The position numbers and the translations under genes are program-made. Below the pieces are notes generated by a model, which searched no databases, was not told the DNA's origin, and worked only from the letters and a program-made list of their open reading frames with translations. DNA of 63,489 nucleotides, the filler included, from Actinomycetota bacterium (GTDB lineage Bacteria > Actinomycetota > CADDZG01 > JAHWKV01 > JAOPZY01): NCBI GenBank assembly GCA_025963875.1. It is 4 parts of 4 records of this genome, joined end to end, with 100 filler letters (N's around TTAATTAATTAA, not from the genome) between each part and the next. Parts side by side here need not be neighbours in the genome. Positions count along the whole stretch, not along the records: positions 28,705 to 44,381 come from JAOPZY010000068.1; positions 44,482 to 52,568 come from JAOPZY010000084.1; 2 more parts are not named here. The stretch is one strand, 5' to 3'. Positions 39,514 to 47,622 of the stretch are shown one piece after another. The stretch's first letter is position 1. Each line of letters opens with the position of its first letter.

Positions 39514-40339
39514 TGCGGGTCGCTCCAGGCCGGCGATCGGCCGATCCGTCCCTGGGGTGTGGATGGAGAGCCTGCCCCTCGCCGGTCTGCTCGGCCTCCT
39601 TCTCCAGGCCGCGCTCGCCACCGCCCTGCTGCGCTTCTGGCTCCGCCAGGGTGAGTCCTTCTATCTCCTGAACGTCGGCAACGCCTCCGGGGTCGTCTAC
39701 GTCGTGGAGCTCGTGGCGTGGGTGGTTGGCTTCATTCTGCTCATCCTCGGACGCGTCCGGGCCGCGCTCCAGATGGTGATCGCGGCGGCCGTCCTCAGCC
39801 TGGTTCTTCTCGTCTTGGACCTGGCGTTCTTCGGCGACTCGGTCCTCTGGCGGAGTGCCGTCGGCGTGAGCCTCGTGGGTCTCGTGCCTGCCGCCTGCCT
39901 GCTCCTCTCGCGGGGAAGCCTCACGCCTCCTCGCCGGCCCCTGGTCTGGCTGGCGGCCTTTGTGGCGATGGCAGTGGCCGTGAACCTGACCAGTGATGGG
40001 ACCGCCGTGGGGCAGGCAACGCTGCGTCTCCTGCGGGCCGGTCCGTTCACCGTCGTGTTCGTCGGCCACACAATCACGACCATGTCTCTGCTCGATGCCA
40101 TGTGGCTGGCCGGCCTGGTCGTCGGGGCGGTGGCCTGGTGGAGATGGCCCCGGGTCACCGCGGCGATCGCGGTGCTCATGCTGCCCCACCTTGTGGAGCA
40201 GTTTCCGCTTCGGCTTCTCGCCGGACGGGCGCTTGCGCACTACTCGCTCGATCTCGCGGCCGTCGGCCTGCTGCTCGGGTTGAGCGCGTTCGGCTACCTG
40301 AAGCCAGCGCGAGGGGCGGAGGGCAGTTTGGCTCGATAA
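39506..40339 (+). CDS. Hypothetical multi-pass membrane protein (cargo)
   Basis: About 8 hydrophobic segments; start overlaps the upstream stop. Confidence 0.68.
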   Translation: MSSAGRSRPAIGRSVPGVWMESLPLAGLLGLLLQAALATALLRFWLRQGESFYLLNVGNASGVVYVVELVAWVVGFILLILGRVRAALQMVIAAAVLSLVLLVLDLAFFGDSVLWRSAVGVSLVGLVPAACLLLSRGSLTPPRRPLVWLAAFVAMAVAVNLTSDGTAVGQATLRLLRAGPFTVVFVGHTITTMSLLDAMWLAGLVVGAVAWWRWPRVTAAIAVLMLPHLVEQFPLRLLAGRALAHYSLDLAAVGLLLGLSAFGYLKPARGAEGSLAR

Positions 40340-40382
40340 GGCTCCCTTGCCCCTGACCTCCTGGACACAGGAGCTGGTGCGG

Positions 40383-40510
40383 CTGGAGGTGGCCTGGGAG
40401 GAGTAGACAGAATCGTTTCTGGCGACCGGCATCTACTCAGCATCGAAAGCTTGGGAAGGCATTTCCATCGTCGCTCCAGCAGCCTTCCTCGAAGGCTACG
40501 GCTGGAGCTC
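40383..40510 (+). pseudogene. PIN-domain toxin C-terminal remnant
   Basis: Frameshifted LEVA / GGVDRIVSGDRHLLSIES / WEGISIVAPAAFLEG, typical of PIN toxin C-termini (IVSGDxHLL...GIxIVxPxxFL). Confidence 0.65.
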
Positions 40511-40886
40511 AAGGCCGAACCTCCCGGCTGGTCGCACATGGACCATCTCTTTTTCGCTCGGCTGAGACGCGTCGGCGTGACGTCGCTGATGTGGAGACGA
40601 CCCTGCTTAACCCTGTGGCGGCTTGGCGATCAAGCACATGTTTCCCCTCGTCAGAAAGTTCCATGAACAACCCTCTTTGGGGTGTCCCCGAAAGGGAGGG
40701 CCCTGTGTTCATGAAAGTCCCCCGGAGTCGCTCCTCGGGCGCATCGAACAGGTGTTCCTGCCATCCTCGACGCCCGACTGGCGGCTCCGACCCCAGAATC
40801 GTTGGCGTGGCGGTCTTGGCCCGGTCCGAGACGCGCTGAAGCCGACCTGAAGAAGGTCGGCTTGTTGATTGGGGACTGCTCGGTGC

Positions 40887-41142
40887 TTACGTCGGTGGGG
40901 GGAGCCTGGCTCGTTTCGATGACCTCAGTCCAGGCACCACTCCGCCGACGAGCCCTCGTCTGTTTGGGTGTGGGGACGGCTTGGCCGTTGTCATCCAACC
41001 CGTGTTTGGCCTTGAACGACCGGATGCGGTCGAGATTGTAGGCGGCCAGCGTGAAGTCAAGCAGCACCGTTGTCTTCGCGATCCCCACGACCCGGAAGAA
41101 CCCCCGGCTCAGATCGGCGAAGGCGCCCTTGAGGGCGGAGTA
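40887..41142 (-). pseudogene. Second decayed DDE transposase C-terminus
   Basis: SALKGAFADLSRGFFRVVGIAKTTVLLDFTLAAYNLDRIRSFKAKHGLD...SQAPPT; one extra G puts the TAA out of frame; homologous to 38176-38420. Confidence 0.78.
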
Positions 41143-41238
41143 GGCTCCGCCGTCGCTGAGAAGCTCCCTGTCGAGCTGGCCCGTCATCCCGTAGGTTCCG
41201 GCGTCCCTGTCTGTTCGAGGACGCCGAAGCCCTGCGGC

Positions 41239-41652
41239 TCATATGGAGACGGAAATGATTTGTCGGTGGCCGGCCACCAAGCGCATGTCGTCGGGGTCGC
41301 TTGTCACCACGGTGATTCGATCGGCCGGTGCTGACTGGATGGCGGCACCTAGGTGGGCGTCGGCCACAGACACCCCGGTTCGGTTACGGATGGCAGCTGC
41401 AGTGTTGGCATGGACAGAGTCAAGGGGCATGTCGTTGATCCGCAGGCGGTTAGGGAACGCCCAAGCGGATGCAGTGCGGTCCCACCCAGCTTCGACCCGG
41501 ACGGCAGTCGGCACGACGACTTCTATGGAGGCCGCCCGGCGCTTGCGCTGTGCGACCACCTGAGCCTGAGCCACAACGCGGCGGTGCTTGGGATGCATCG
41601 GGTCTTCGAGGGCTTGGACCGCCTCGTTGTCCAACAACACCACCTGGCTCAT
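41239..41652 (-). CDS. PIN-domain (VapC-like) toxin
   Basis: VVLLDNEAV, VPTAVRVE, SVADAHL, VVTSDPDD acidic PIN motifs; ATGA overlap with upstream gene. Confidence 0.82.
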   Translation of the reverse strand: MSQVVLLDNEAVQALEDPMHPKHRRVVAQAQVVAQRKRRAASIEVVVPTAVRVEAGWDRTASAWAFPNRLRINDMPLDSVHANTAAAIRNRTGVSVADAHLGAAIQSAPADRITVVTSDPDDMRLVAGHRQIISVSI

Positions 41653-42062
41653 GCTGCTGGGAGCGCTCGTGCCTCTGCCCAGAGCACCACGTCCTCGGGG
41701 CTGGCGTCGGGGTGTCGCTCGACGAGCTCCGAGGCTGCCTGGTGGATCCGCTCAGGCTCATCTGCTAGGGGGTGGCCGTCGAGCTCTGCCGCGGCGACGG
41801 CGAGGTCGCCGAGACTCGGGCGGGCATCCGGGTGGCGTTGATAGTGGTCGTCGAGGGCCGCTTGCATCACTGCTGCCTCAAGTGTCGCTCGCAGCGCTGC
41901 GGCTGTCAGCGCTGTGGTGGACGGCGCCACACCAAGCTCTTTGACCGCAAGTGCAGCCGCATCTCTGAGCGCGGTTGGGATCCTCATCGATGTGTTGGAG
42001 GTCTCCGGCCCCCGATTATCAAGAAGGTGGTTGATCGTCTCGATGACGCTTGCTCTCTGCAC
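41649..42062 (-). CDS. Putative antitoxin (RHH-like N-terminus)
   Basis: NTSMRIPTALRDAAALAV beta-alpha pattern; translationally coupled upstream of PIN gene; start inferred at GTG 42062. Confidence 0.7.
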   Translation of the reverse strand: MQRASVIETINHLLDNRGPETSNTSMRIPTALRDAAALAVKELGVAPSTTALTAAALRATLEAAVMQAALDDHYQRHPDARPSLGDLAVAAAELDGHPLADEPERIHQAASELVERHPDASPEDVVLWAEARALPAA

Positions 42063-42071
42063 CGTGCGACT

Positions 42072-42098
42072 GTACCACGTATCTGTGGTACGTGGTAC
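42072..42098. promoter_or_regulatory. TA operator inverted repeat
   Basis: GTACCACGTA-N7-TACGTGGTAC perfect 10-bp IR just upstream of the antitoxin start. Confidence 0.75.
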
Positions 42099-42253
42099 GA
42101 CTACGTGAGTGCATCGCATCCGAGCGCATACCGCCCAGCGATACTTTGAGGAAGGCTCGATCAGCAACGTGGAGACTGCCGGCCTTAACCTGTGGACCCC
42201 TCTTGTCGGGTGCCACGTTCGGGCTGGTCAGCAGGTTCCATGAACATCCCTCT

Positions 42254-42327
42254 GTCTTTCTTTCTCTCTCTCACTCTTACTTTCTCCGGGGTGTTCCAGA
42301 AGTGGGGGCCCAGTGTCATGAAGGTCC
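42254..42327. mobile_element. Left end of tRNA-Cys-associated mobile unit 3
   Basis: 34-nt pyrimidine-rich tract then GGGGTGTTCCAGAAGTGGGGGCCCAGTGTCATGAAGGTCC, a diverged third copy; no right end found before the contig gap. Confidence 0.65.
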
Positions 42328-42504
42328 GTCGGGCCACAGCCGCCAGGTCGGAACCCGAGGGCGGTCCAGGGTGCTACCGGCGGTCGTGGTGCGAGGGCGG
42401 CCTTTTCCCGGATTGTGACGGCTGCCGCCTCGTCCGGTGGCGTCCGGGCAAGTGCTCCCCATCGGACGCGGACAGATGCCAAGAGTTCCTGGCGAGTAAC
42501 TTAG

Positions 42505-42525
42505 TCTTAGCTTATATAAGTAAGA
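42505..42525. promoter_or_regulatory. ArsR-type operator palindrome
   Basis: TCTTA-G-CTTATATAAG-TAAGA AT-rich dyad 20 bp upstream of the ArsR gene. Confidence 0.7.
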
Positions 42526-42544
42526 GGTGATATCATCACGGCAC

Positions 42545-42913
42545 ATGCATGCGTTTGATGTTCTCGGCGAACCGGTGCGTCGCAGGATCCTCGAGCTGCT
42601 CGCGGACGGTGAGACGAGCTCCGGTGTGGTGTGCACAGTCATCCAGGACGAGTTCGGGATCTCCCAGCCGGCAGTGTCGCAGCATCTCAAGGTGCTGCGT
42701 GACAGCGGCTTCGCGACGGTACGACCCGAGGGGGCCCGGCGCCTTTACACGGTGAGGTCCGAGCCGCTGCGGGATGTCGACGCGTGGCTCGATCGCTTTC
42801 GGTGCTTCTGGACGCCGCCCCTGGAGGCGCTGGCGACGGAACTGGCCCGGGGCAAGGCTGAGCGTCGTCTCCGTGATTCCGACGAAGACGAAAACCAGAG
42901 GAGGACTCCATGA
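42545..42913 (+). CDS. ArsR/SmtB-family regulator
   Basis: AFDVLGEPVRRRILELL, ISQPAVSQHLKVLR, GARRLY. Confidence 0.92.
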   Translation: MHAFDVLGEPVRRRILELLADGETSSGVVCTVIQDEFGISQPAVSQHLKVLRDSGFATVRPEGARRLYTVRSEPLRDVDAWLDRFRCFWTPPLEALATELARGKAERRLRDSDEDENQRRTP

Positions 42914-43545
42914 TCGAAGTTGCCCATCAGATCAATGCCGTCCGGCGACAGGTCGGTACGTGCGTGCTCGAAGCAGGCGAGGCGCGCACCATCACCATCA
43001 GCCAGATATACGACGCCTCCATCGACGACGTATGGGACGCCTGCACCAATCCGGAGCGTATTCCCCGGTGGTTCCTGCCCATCTCGGGTGATCTACGAGT
43101 CGGGGGCCGCTACCAACTCGAGGGCAACGCGGGCGGGAAGATCGAGCGTTGCGACCCGCCGAACAGTTTTGCCGCCACCTGGGAGTACGGCGGGGACGTC
43201 AGCTGGATCGAAGTCCGACTGTCGACCCAACCGAAGAGCGGGACGCGCTTCGAGCTCGAGCACATCGCTCACGTCGACGACGAACGGTGGGCCGAGTTCG
43301 GTCCCGGCGCAGTCGGTGTCGGGTGGGATATGGGACTCATGGGCCTGGCTTCCCACCTGTCGTCGGGACAGGCTGTGGACCCACGAGAGGGCGCGACATG
43401 GGCCGCGTCCGACCAGGGCAAGGAGTTCATGTCGCTCAGCAGCCAGCGGTGGTGCGACGCGAGCGTCGCAGCCGGCACGGACCAGGCCGACGCGCAGGCC
43501 GCGGCAGCTCGCACCACAGCCGCCTACACCGCGACCGTCCCCTAG
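42910..43545 (+). CDS. SRPBCC/Aha1-like protein
   Basis: DDVWDACTNPERIPRWFLP, GPGAVGVGWD; ATGA overlap. Confidence 0.9.
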   Translation: MIEVAHQINAVRRQVGTCVLEAGEARTITISQIYDASIDDVWDACTNPERIPRWFLPISGDLRVGGRYQLEGNAGGKIERCDPPNSFAATWEYGGDVSWIEVRLSTQPKSGTRFELEHIAHVDDERWAEFGPGAVGVGWDMGLMGLASHLSSGQAVDPREGATWAASDQGKEFMSLSSQRWCDASVAAGTDQADAQAAAARTTAAYTATVP

Positions 43546-44218
43546 CATCCAATGAGTCCTATATCCAGCCGGCCCAGCCACGCCGAAGGCCCGGCAGCGA
43601 ACCGGTGCTCTCGCGGCGGGGAGACATGGGTTTCGTCCAGGGGTTGGATCGCCTCACGCTCACCGAACTGGATCGCGCAGTAGCCAGGGACACCAATCAA
43701 TTTTCGAGCATCTTCGCTCGATCAACACGATCCGACCGCACAGGGAAGCCCGTCAGTTGACGGCCGAGGAGCGTATTGCTCAAGCTCGCGCAGAGCGGGA
43801 GTCGGAGGAAGACTCGTTCTTCCCTACAACACCCCTTTCATGTGACGGTCGTCATAAAAGAGCCTGAGGTACATCTCCCTCAGTTACTACAACATGGGCT
43901 CGTACGACATCATCGCCTTCGTCGCCGGCAACAACCGGACAGCAAGACCCTTCCGGTCGACCTACGACGGGGAGCCCCCTCCGAGCTGGCTGACAGGTGA
44001 ACCTCCCTAACGGGGGGCAGTGCCTAGCCTCAGTAGGTTAGGGTGCGGATGTATCGCTGGTCTTCGCACACGCTATGGTGGGCGTGGCCCATATTGGGAG
44101 GCAGGCCGTTGCGTGACCCGGGACGTACCTTCAAACCAAAGGGTGCACGCTTTCTTCACTATGATTTAGCGAGCCCTTGTCGACGGTGGCATCCGAGCCT
44201 TTCTTTCAAGGGGTGACT

Positions 44219-44381
44219 ATGGAGACACCCGAGGGAACCAAGCTCGTCAAGGCCCGTCCGGGCAGGTGGTTGCCGGAAGACCACCAGATCATCAACGACT
44301 GGATCCGCCGACTGAAGAAAGCGGTCGCTGAGAGCCCGCGCGAGCTCGTGCCACCTATTGCGGTCTTGCGCGAAATGGTGG
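44219..44381 (+). CDS. Phosphatidylserine decarboxylase-related (PSDC-domain) protein, 5' part only
   Basis: RPGRWLPEDHQIINDW...LVPPIAVLREMV resembles the PSDC-associated N-terminus; cut by contig end. Confidence 0.55.
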
Positions 44382-44481
44382 NNNNNNNNNNNNNNNNNNN
44401 NNNNNNNNNNNNNNNNNNNNNNNNNTTAATTAATTAANNNNNNNNNNNNNNNNNNNNNNNNNNNNNNNNNNNNNNNNNNNN
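44382..44481. other. Artificial contig linker
   Basis: N44-TTAATTAATTAA-N44. Confidence 0.98.
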
Positions 44482-44483
44482 TC

Positions 44484-44615
44484 TTCCGGGCACGTCTTGC
44501 AGACCAGTTCGACCTGGTCATCCACATCGACGAGACGCGGGGGGTGGAGCCGCTCGAGCGGACGGCCGCCTGGGAGCGGGGCGAGGTCCCCGAGACCTAT
44601 CCCTACGCTGTGTGA
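44484..44615 (+). CDS. Erythromycin esterase-family protein C-terminus (Rv2030c-like), partial
   Basis: [43 protein letters not shown]; not in ORF track. Confidence 0.8.
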   Translation, partial: FRARLADQFDLVIHIDETRGVEPLERTAAWERGEVPETYPYAV

Positions 44616-44694
44616 CGCTCGGGACGCCAGGATCTCCTCCTGGCAGCGGGTGGGGGATCCGACAGGAAACCCCCGACAGGGACCGAGCGGCATA

Positions 44695-44718
44695 TACAAT
44701 ACGGAGCGGATCCGTATT
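44695..44718 (+). promoter_or_regulatory. -10 box with overlapping inverted repeat
   Basis: TACAAT (44695-700) overlapping AATACGGA-N5-TCCGTATT. Confidence 0.55.
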
Positions 44719-44767
44719 AGAAATAGCTATGCGTCGGGATCGTCGAAACACGCCCTCTCCCGAGGAG

Positions 44768-44854
44768 ATGAACGCATGGGATCGCTTTCACGAGCTCGCT
44801 CCCTTTGATCCGTTCCGTGAACTCGACCGGGGCCACGGTGTGTTGAGGGCATGA
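44768..44854 (+). pseudogene. Hsp20/alpha-crystallin N-terminal remnant
   Basis: RBS GAGGAG; MNAWDRFHELAPFDPFRELDR then early stop; FDPFRELDR is typical of actinobacterial Hsp20 N-termini. Confidence 0.55.
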
Positions 44855-45247
44855 CTGCGTGAGCACGTAGGCCTGCTCCGCGGCACCGCTCTTTGAGGCC
44901 GTACTCCCTACGAGAAGACTGACCGGCTCTGCCTTCGCGAGGATCTCCGGGTCCTGGAAAGCGAAGTACCCTCCCCACTCGAGCTGGCACTCACGGGAGG
45001 GTCCAAGGCGGTTACGCGATCGCGATCGTATGGCCCTGTGCCATGGATGTCGAGTCCTACGAGGCTGCCGGCAGGAGCGTCGGTAGGCCTCGGCGGGCGT
45101 GCCCTGGCCGAGGGGCTCGACAAGGCCTGGCGGAAGTACAAGAGTCCGGGCGATGTGGCCTGAATGTAGCCTCCAGGGGCCTGTCAGGCGATTTGTGATT
45201 CGCTCGCCAGACGGATAAACCGGCCTTCTACCTGCGGAAACACTCTT

Positions 45248-45294
45248 GTGGGCGCACGAGGATTTGAACCTCGGACCTCTTCCGTGTCAAGGAA
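45248..45294 (-). other. 3' half of tRNA-Val(GAC): integrative element att core
   Basis: Minus strand TTCC-TTGACAC-GGAAGAGGTCCGAGGTTCAAATCCTCGTGCGCCCAC; no D-arm or 5' acceptor strand; flanked by TCTACCTGCGGAAAC repeats. Confidence 0.85.
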
Positions 45295-45404
45295 TGCACG
45301 ACACGCCGTCTACCTGCGGAAACGCAGCTTGACCTGCGGGAATGCGTTCGTCATCGTTCGTTGTTTACTCGTTGTTGCTATATGTTTCGCGGGATTTCCG
45401 CAGG

Positions 45405-45621
45405 ATGGAATGGCCAGGCCGTCGGCCGGCATCGGTACAGTCTGCTCCTCGGGCGTGGCGCCCCAGTGGCGGTAGGCCCTTCGGAGCAACGGAGCGCCGA
45501 CCAGAGTCGGCGCGATCTGCGCAGCCCCTGCCGCGGCCTCGGTCGCGACGGCGGCCGGTCGTCTCGTCGCGGTCGCCGGCTCCAAGTCCTCCTCGTGGGC
45601 TCTCTGCGTTTCGGTAGCCAC
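45405..45621 (-). pseudogene. 3'-truncated gene (WGAT..E...P.D motif family)
   Basis: RBS GGAAGGAG, GTG start; RRAYRHWGATPEEQTVPMPADGL then runs into att-arm sequence. Confidence 0.55.
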
Positions 45622-45697
45622 ACCACGCTCCTTCCGGTGACGGGAGCCGGCTGGATCCGTCCTCCTCGATCATCCGCAACCTCGGGACGGAACGGCA

Positions 45698-45734
45698 GGG
45701 CCGAACGGCCCGCCTCGTCAGGTCCGCAGGTCCC
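45698..45734. promoter_or_regulatory. Tandem DevR/DosR-like boxes
   Basis: GGGCCGAACGGCCC (45698) and GGTCCGCAGGTCCC (45721), 23-bp period. Confidence 0.65.
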
Positions 45735-45853
45735 GCCCGCCCTGACCTGAAGGGCCGGGATCTGGAGAGCGGGCCGAAGTCCGTACGAGAAAACCGTGTG
45801 GAGCACGGACTTATCCCGCGAGCCTCTCGAGGAGCCAGCTCAGCCTGGGGAGC

Positions 45854-47524
45854 TCAGGTCCCCAACTCAAGCGGAACCCGGAGACTGTGGCGCGTTCCCC
45901 CGCCCTCCCGCGGGAGGATCTCGAGGGAGCCCCCCAGCGCCGCAACCCGGGCTTCCATGTTGCTCAGGCCTTGCCCTCGTGCCACGCTCGAAGGGTCGAA
46001 CCCCAGTCCGTCGTCGTCAATGAGAAGCGCAAGGAAGCCGTCGCGGTCCTCCACCCTCACCGAGACCACGGACGGCTGGGCGTGGCGGGCGATGTTCGAA
46101 AGAATCTCCCGGACGACCTGGATCACATGGCCCTGCTCCTGCCGCCCGAGGGCCTCGGTGGCCCGGGGGGACAGCTCGACGGTTGCGTGGGCCGTTGTGT
46201 TGACCTCGAGCTCGCGCACCAACACCAGGATGGCACCCTCGAGCCCACGGTCTTCGACGAGCTGAGGGCGCAGTTCAAAGATGTAGTTGCGAACGTCACG
46301 GACGACGTTGTCGAGCTCCGCGATGGCTTCCTCGATGCGTCGGGCACCTCGCTCCGGCTGGGTTCCCATAAGGGACAACGATCCCTGGAGGCTGAGACCC
46401 ACGGAGTAGATGGACTGGATGACGCCATCGTGCAGCTCCTTCGAGATCCGTTCACGTTCCTCCAGGACGGCAAGGTTCCGGAGGAGGAACGTCAAGCGGT
46501 CGTTCTCAATGGCGATCGCTGCCTGGTTGGCCAGGATCTGCAGGACGGAGAGGTCGTCGGAGGTAAAGGGGCGCCCCTCCGAGCTGCCGTACACAGCCAG
46601 AGCGCCGATCGGCCGGTCTCTCACCAGGAGCGGCGCGAATGCCCCGTCGAGGGGATCGCCGAGAAGGTGAAGCACGCTCTCGTTGATCTCGGGATCCTGC
46701 GACAGGTGGGGAACGAGTTCGGCCTCGCGGCGACGCACCACCGAGTGCGACTTGGAGGTGTCGGGCTTGAGCCTGACGCCAACCAGGTCGCCTGCTCCCT
46801 CGCCCCCCACGGCGTGCCGGATGATCAGCTCACCGGTCGTGTCGTCGAGCATCATGAGGGTGGCTCGCGTGCCGCCGGTGAGAAACCGGGCCTGCTCGGC
46901 TGCGAAGTCGAGCACGTCCCCGGCGGAGGCGCTCTCGGTCAGCAGCATCCTCGCAACGACGTCGAAGGAGGCGAGCTGGGCCAGCCTTCGTCCGAGTTCC
47001 ATCCCCCGCTCCTGAACCTGTTCATACAGGGACACGTTCTCGATCGCCACCCCGGCCTGCGCCGCGAGCATCATGGCAACGCGCTCGTCTGCCTCGGAGA
47101 ATTCGGCGCCGCCCTCTTTCTCGCTCAGGTAGAGGCGGCCGAACACGCGGCCGCGCACGACGATCGGGGCACCGAGAAATGAATGCATGACCGGATGATG
47201 TGCGGGGAAGCCACTGGAGCGCGGGTGGTCTGAAATCTCCTTCAGGCGAAGAGGGTGGGCCTGCTCAAGCACGACTCCCAGGACCCCAACACCCGTCGGC
47301 AGCTCCCCGATTTGGCGAGCGGTGTCTTGGTCAATCCCCGCATAGACGAACCGCGCAAGGTCTCCAGAGGGACCGATAACCCCCACGGCTCCATAGGCAG
47401 CCTGGACCACGCGCCGGGCCAGCTCGGCGATCCTGGAAAGCAGGGTGTCTAGGTGCGACTCGGAGGCCAGAGCTATCCCCGCCTCGACGAGGGCTTCGAG
47501 CCGCAAACTCTCCGGGAGGACCAT
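45854..47524 (-). CDS. Double-GAF sensor histidine kinase (DevS/DosT-like)
   Basis: GAF-A HPRSSGFPAHHPVMHSFLG; second GAF; HisKA_3 ERERISKELHDGVIQ; NIARHA, DDGLGFD, GQGLSNM. Confidence 0.92.
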   Translation of the reverse strand: MVLPESLRLEALVEAGIALASESHLDTLLSRIAELARRVVQAAYGAVGVIGPSGDLARFVYAGIDQDTARQIGELPTGVGVLGVVLEQAHPLRLKEISDHPRSSGFPAHHPVMHSFLGAPIVVRGRVFGRLYLSEKEGGAEFSEADERVAMMLAAQAGVAIENVSLYEQVQERGMELGRRLAQLASFDVVARMLLTESASAGDVLDFAAEQARFLTGGTRATLMMLDDTTGELIIRHAVGGEGAGDLVGVRLKPDTSKSHSVVRRREAELVPHLSQDPEINESVLHLLGDPLDGAFAPLLVRDRPIGALAVYGSSEGRPFTSDDLSVLQILANQAAIAIENDRLTFLLRNLAVLEERERISKELHDGVIQSIYSVGLSLQGSLSLMGTQPERGARRIEEAIAELDNVVRDVRNYIFELRPQLVEDRGLEGAILVLVRELEVNTTAHATVELSPRATEALGRQEQGHVIQVVREILSNIARHAQPSVVSVRVEDRDGFLALLIDDDGLGFDPSSVARGQGLSNMEARVAALGGSLEILPREGGGTRHSLRVPLELGT

Positions 47525-47622
47525 TTCTAACGGATTCTACGGTCCCCGAGAGGGATGAGCCTTTCCGGTTACCCTGGAGAGCGGCCGGAGGACGGCGAAG
47601 ACGCTCAGCATGGGGAAGGGCC

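Larger units (their letters stand above)
37963..40676. mobile_element. tRNA-Cys-associated mobile unit 1
   Basis: Left-end motif 37975-38017; transposase tail; cargo; right-end motif 40591-40669; CCTCT at both junctions. Confidence 0.7.
40677..42253. mobile_element. tRNA-Cys-associated mobile unit 2
   Basis: Left-end motif 40679-40721 (39/43 identical to unit 1); transposase tail; TA cargo; right-end motif 42169-42246; CCTCT at 42249-53. Confidence 0.7.

Noticed and set aside
40659..40716. Integron attC interpretation of CATGAAC...GTTCATG
   Set aside because: Does not fit RYYYAAC/GTTRRRY, no L boxes or intI; the repeats are tied to DDE transposase tails instead.
43776..44000. Short ORF in a lower-GC stretch
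   Set aside because: No RBS or recognisable motif; probably decayed island DNA.
44980..45163. Possible integrase C-terminal remnant (..LAEGLDKAWRKY..DVA*)
   Set aside because: Position next to the att arms is suggestive, but catalytic H/Y motifs are not convincingly recoverable.
45248..45294. Functional tRNA-Val
   Set aside because: D-arm and 5' acceptor strand missing; recorded as an att fragment.
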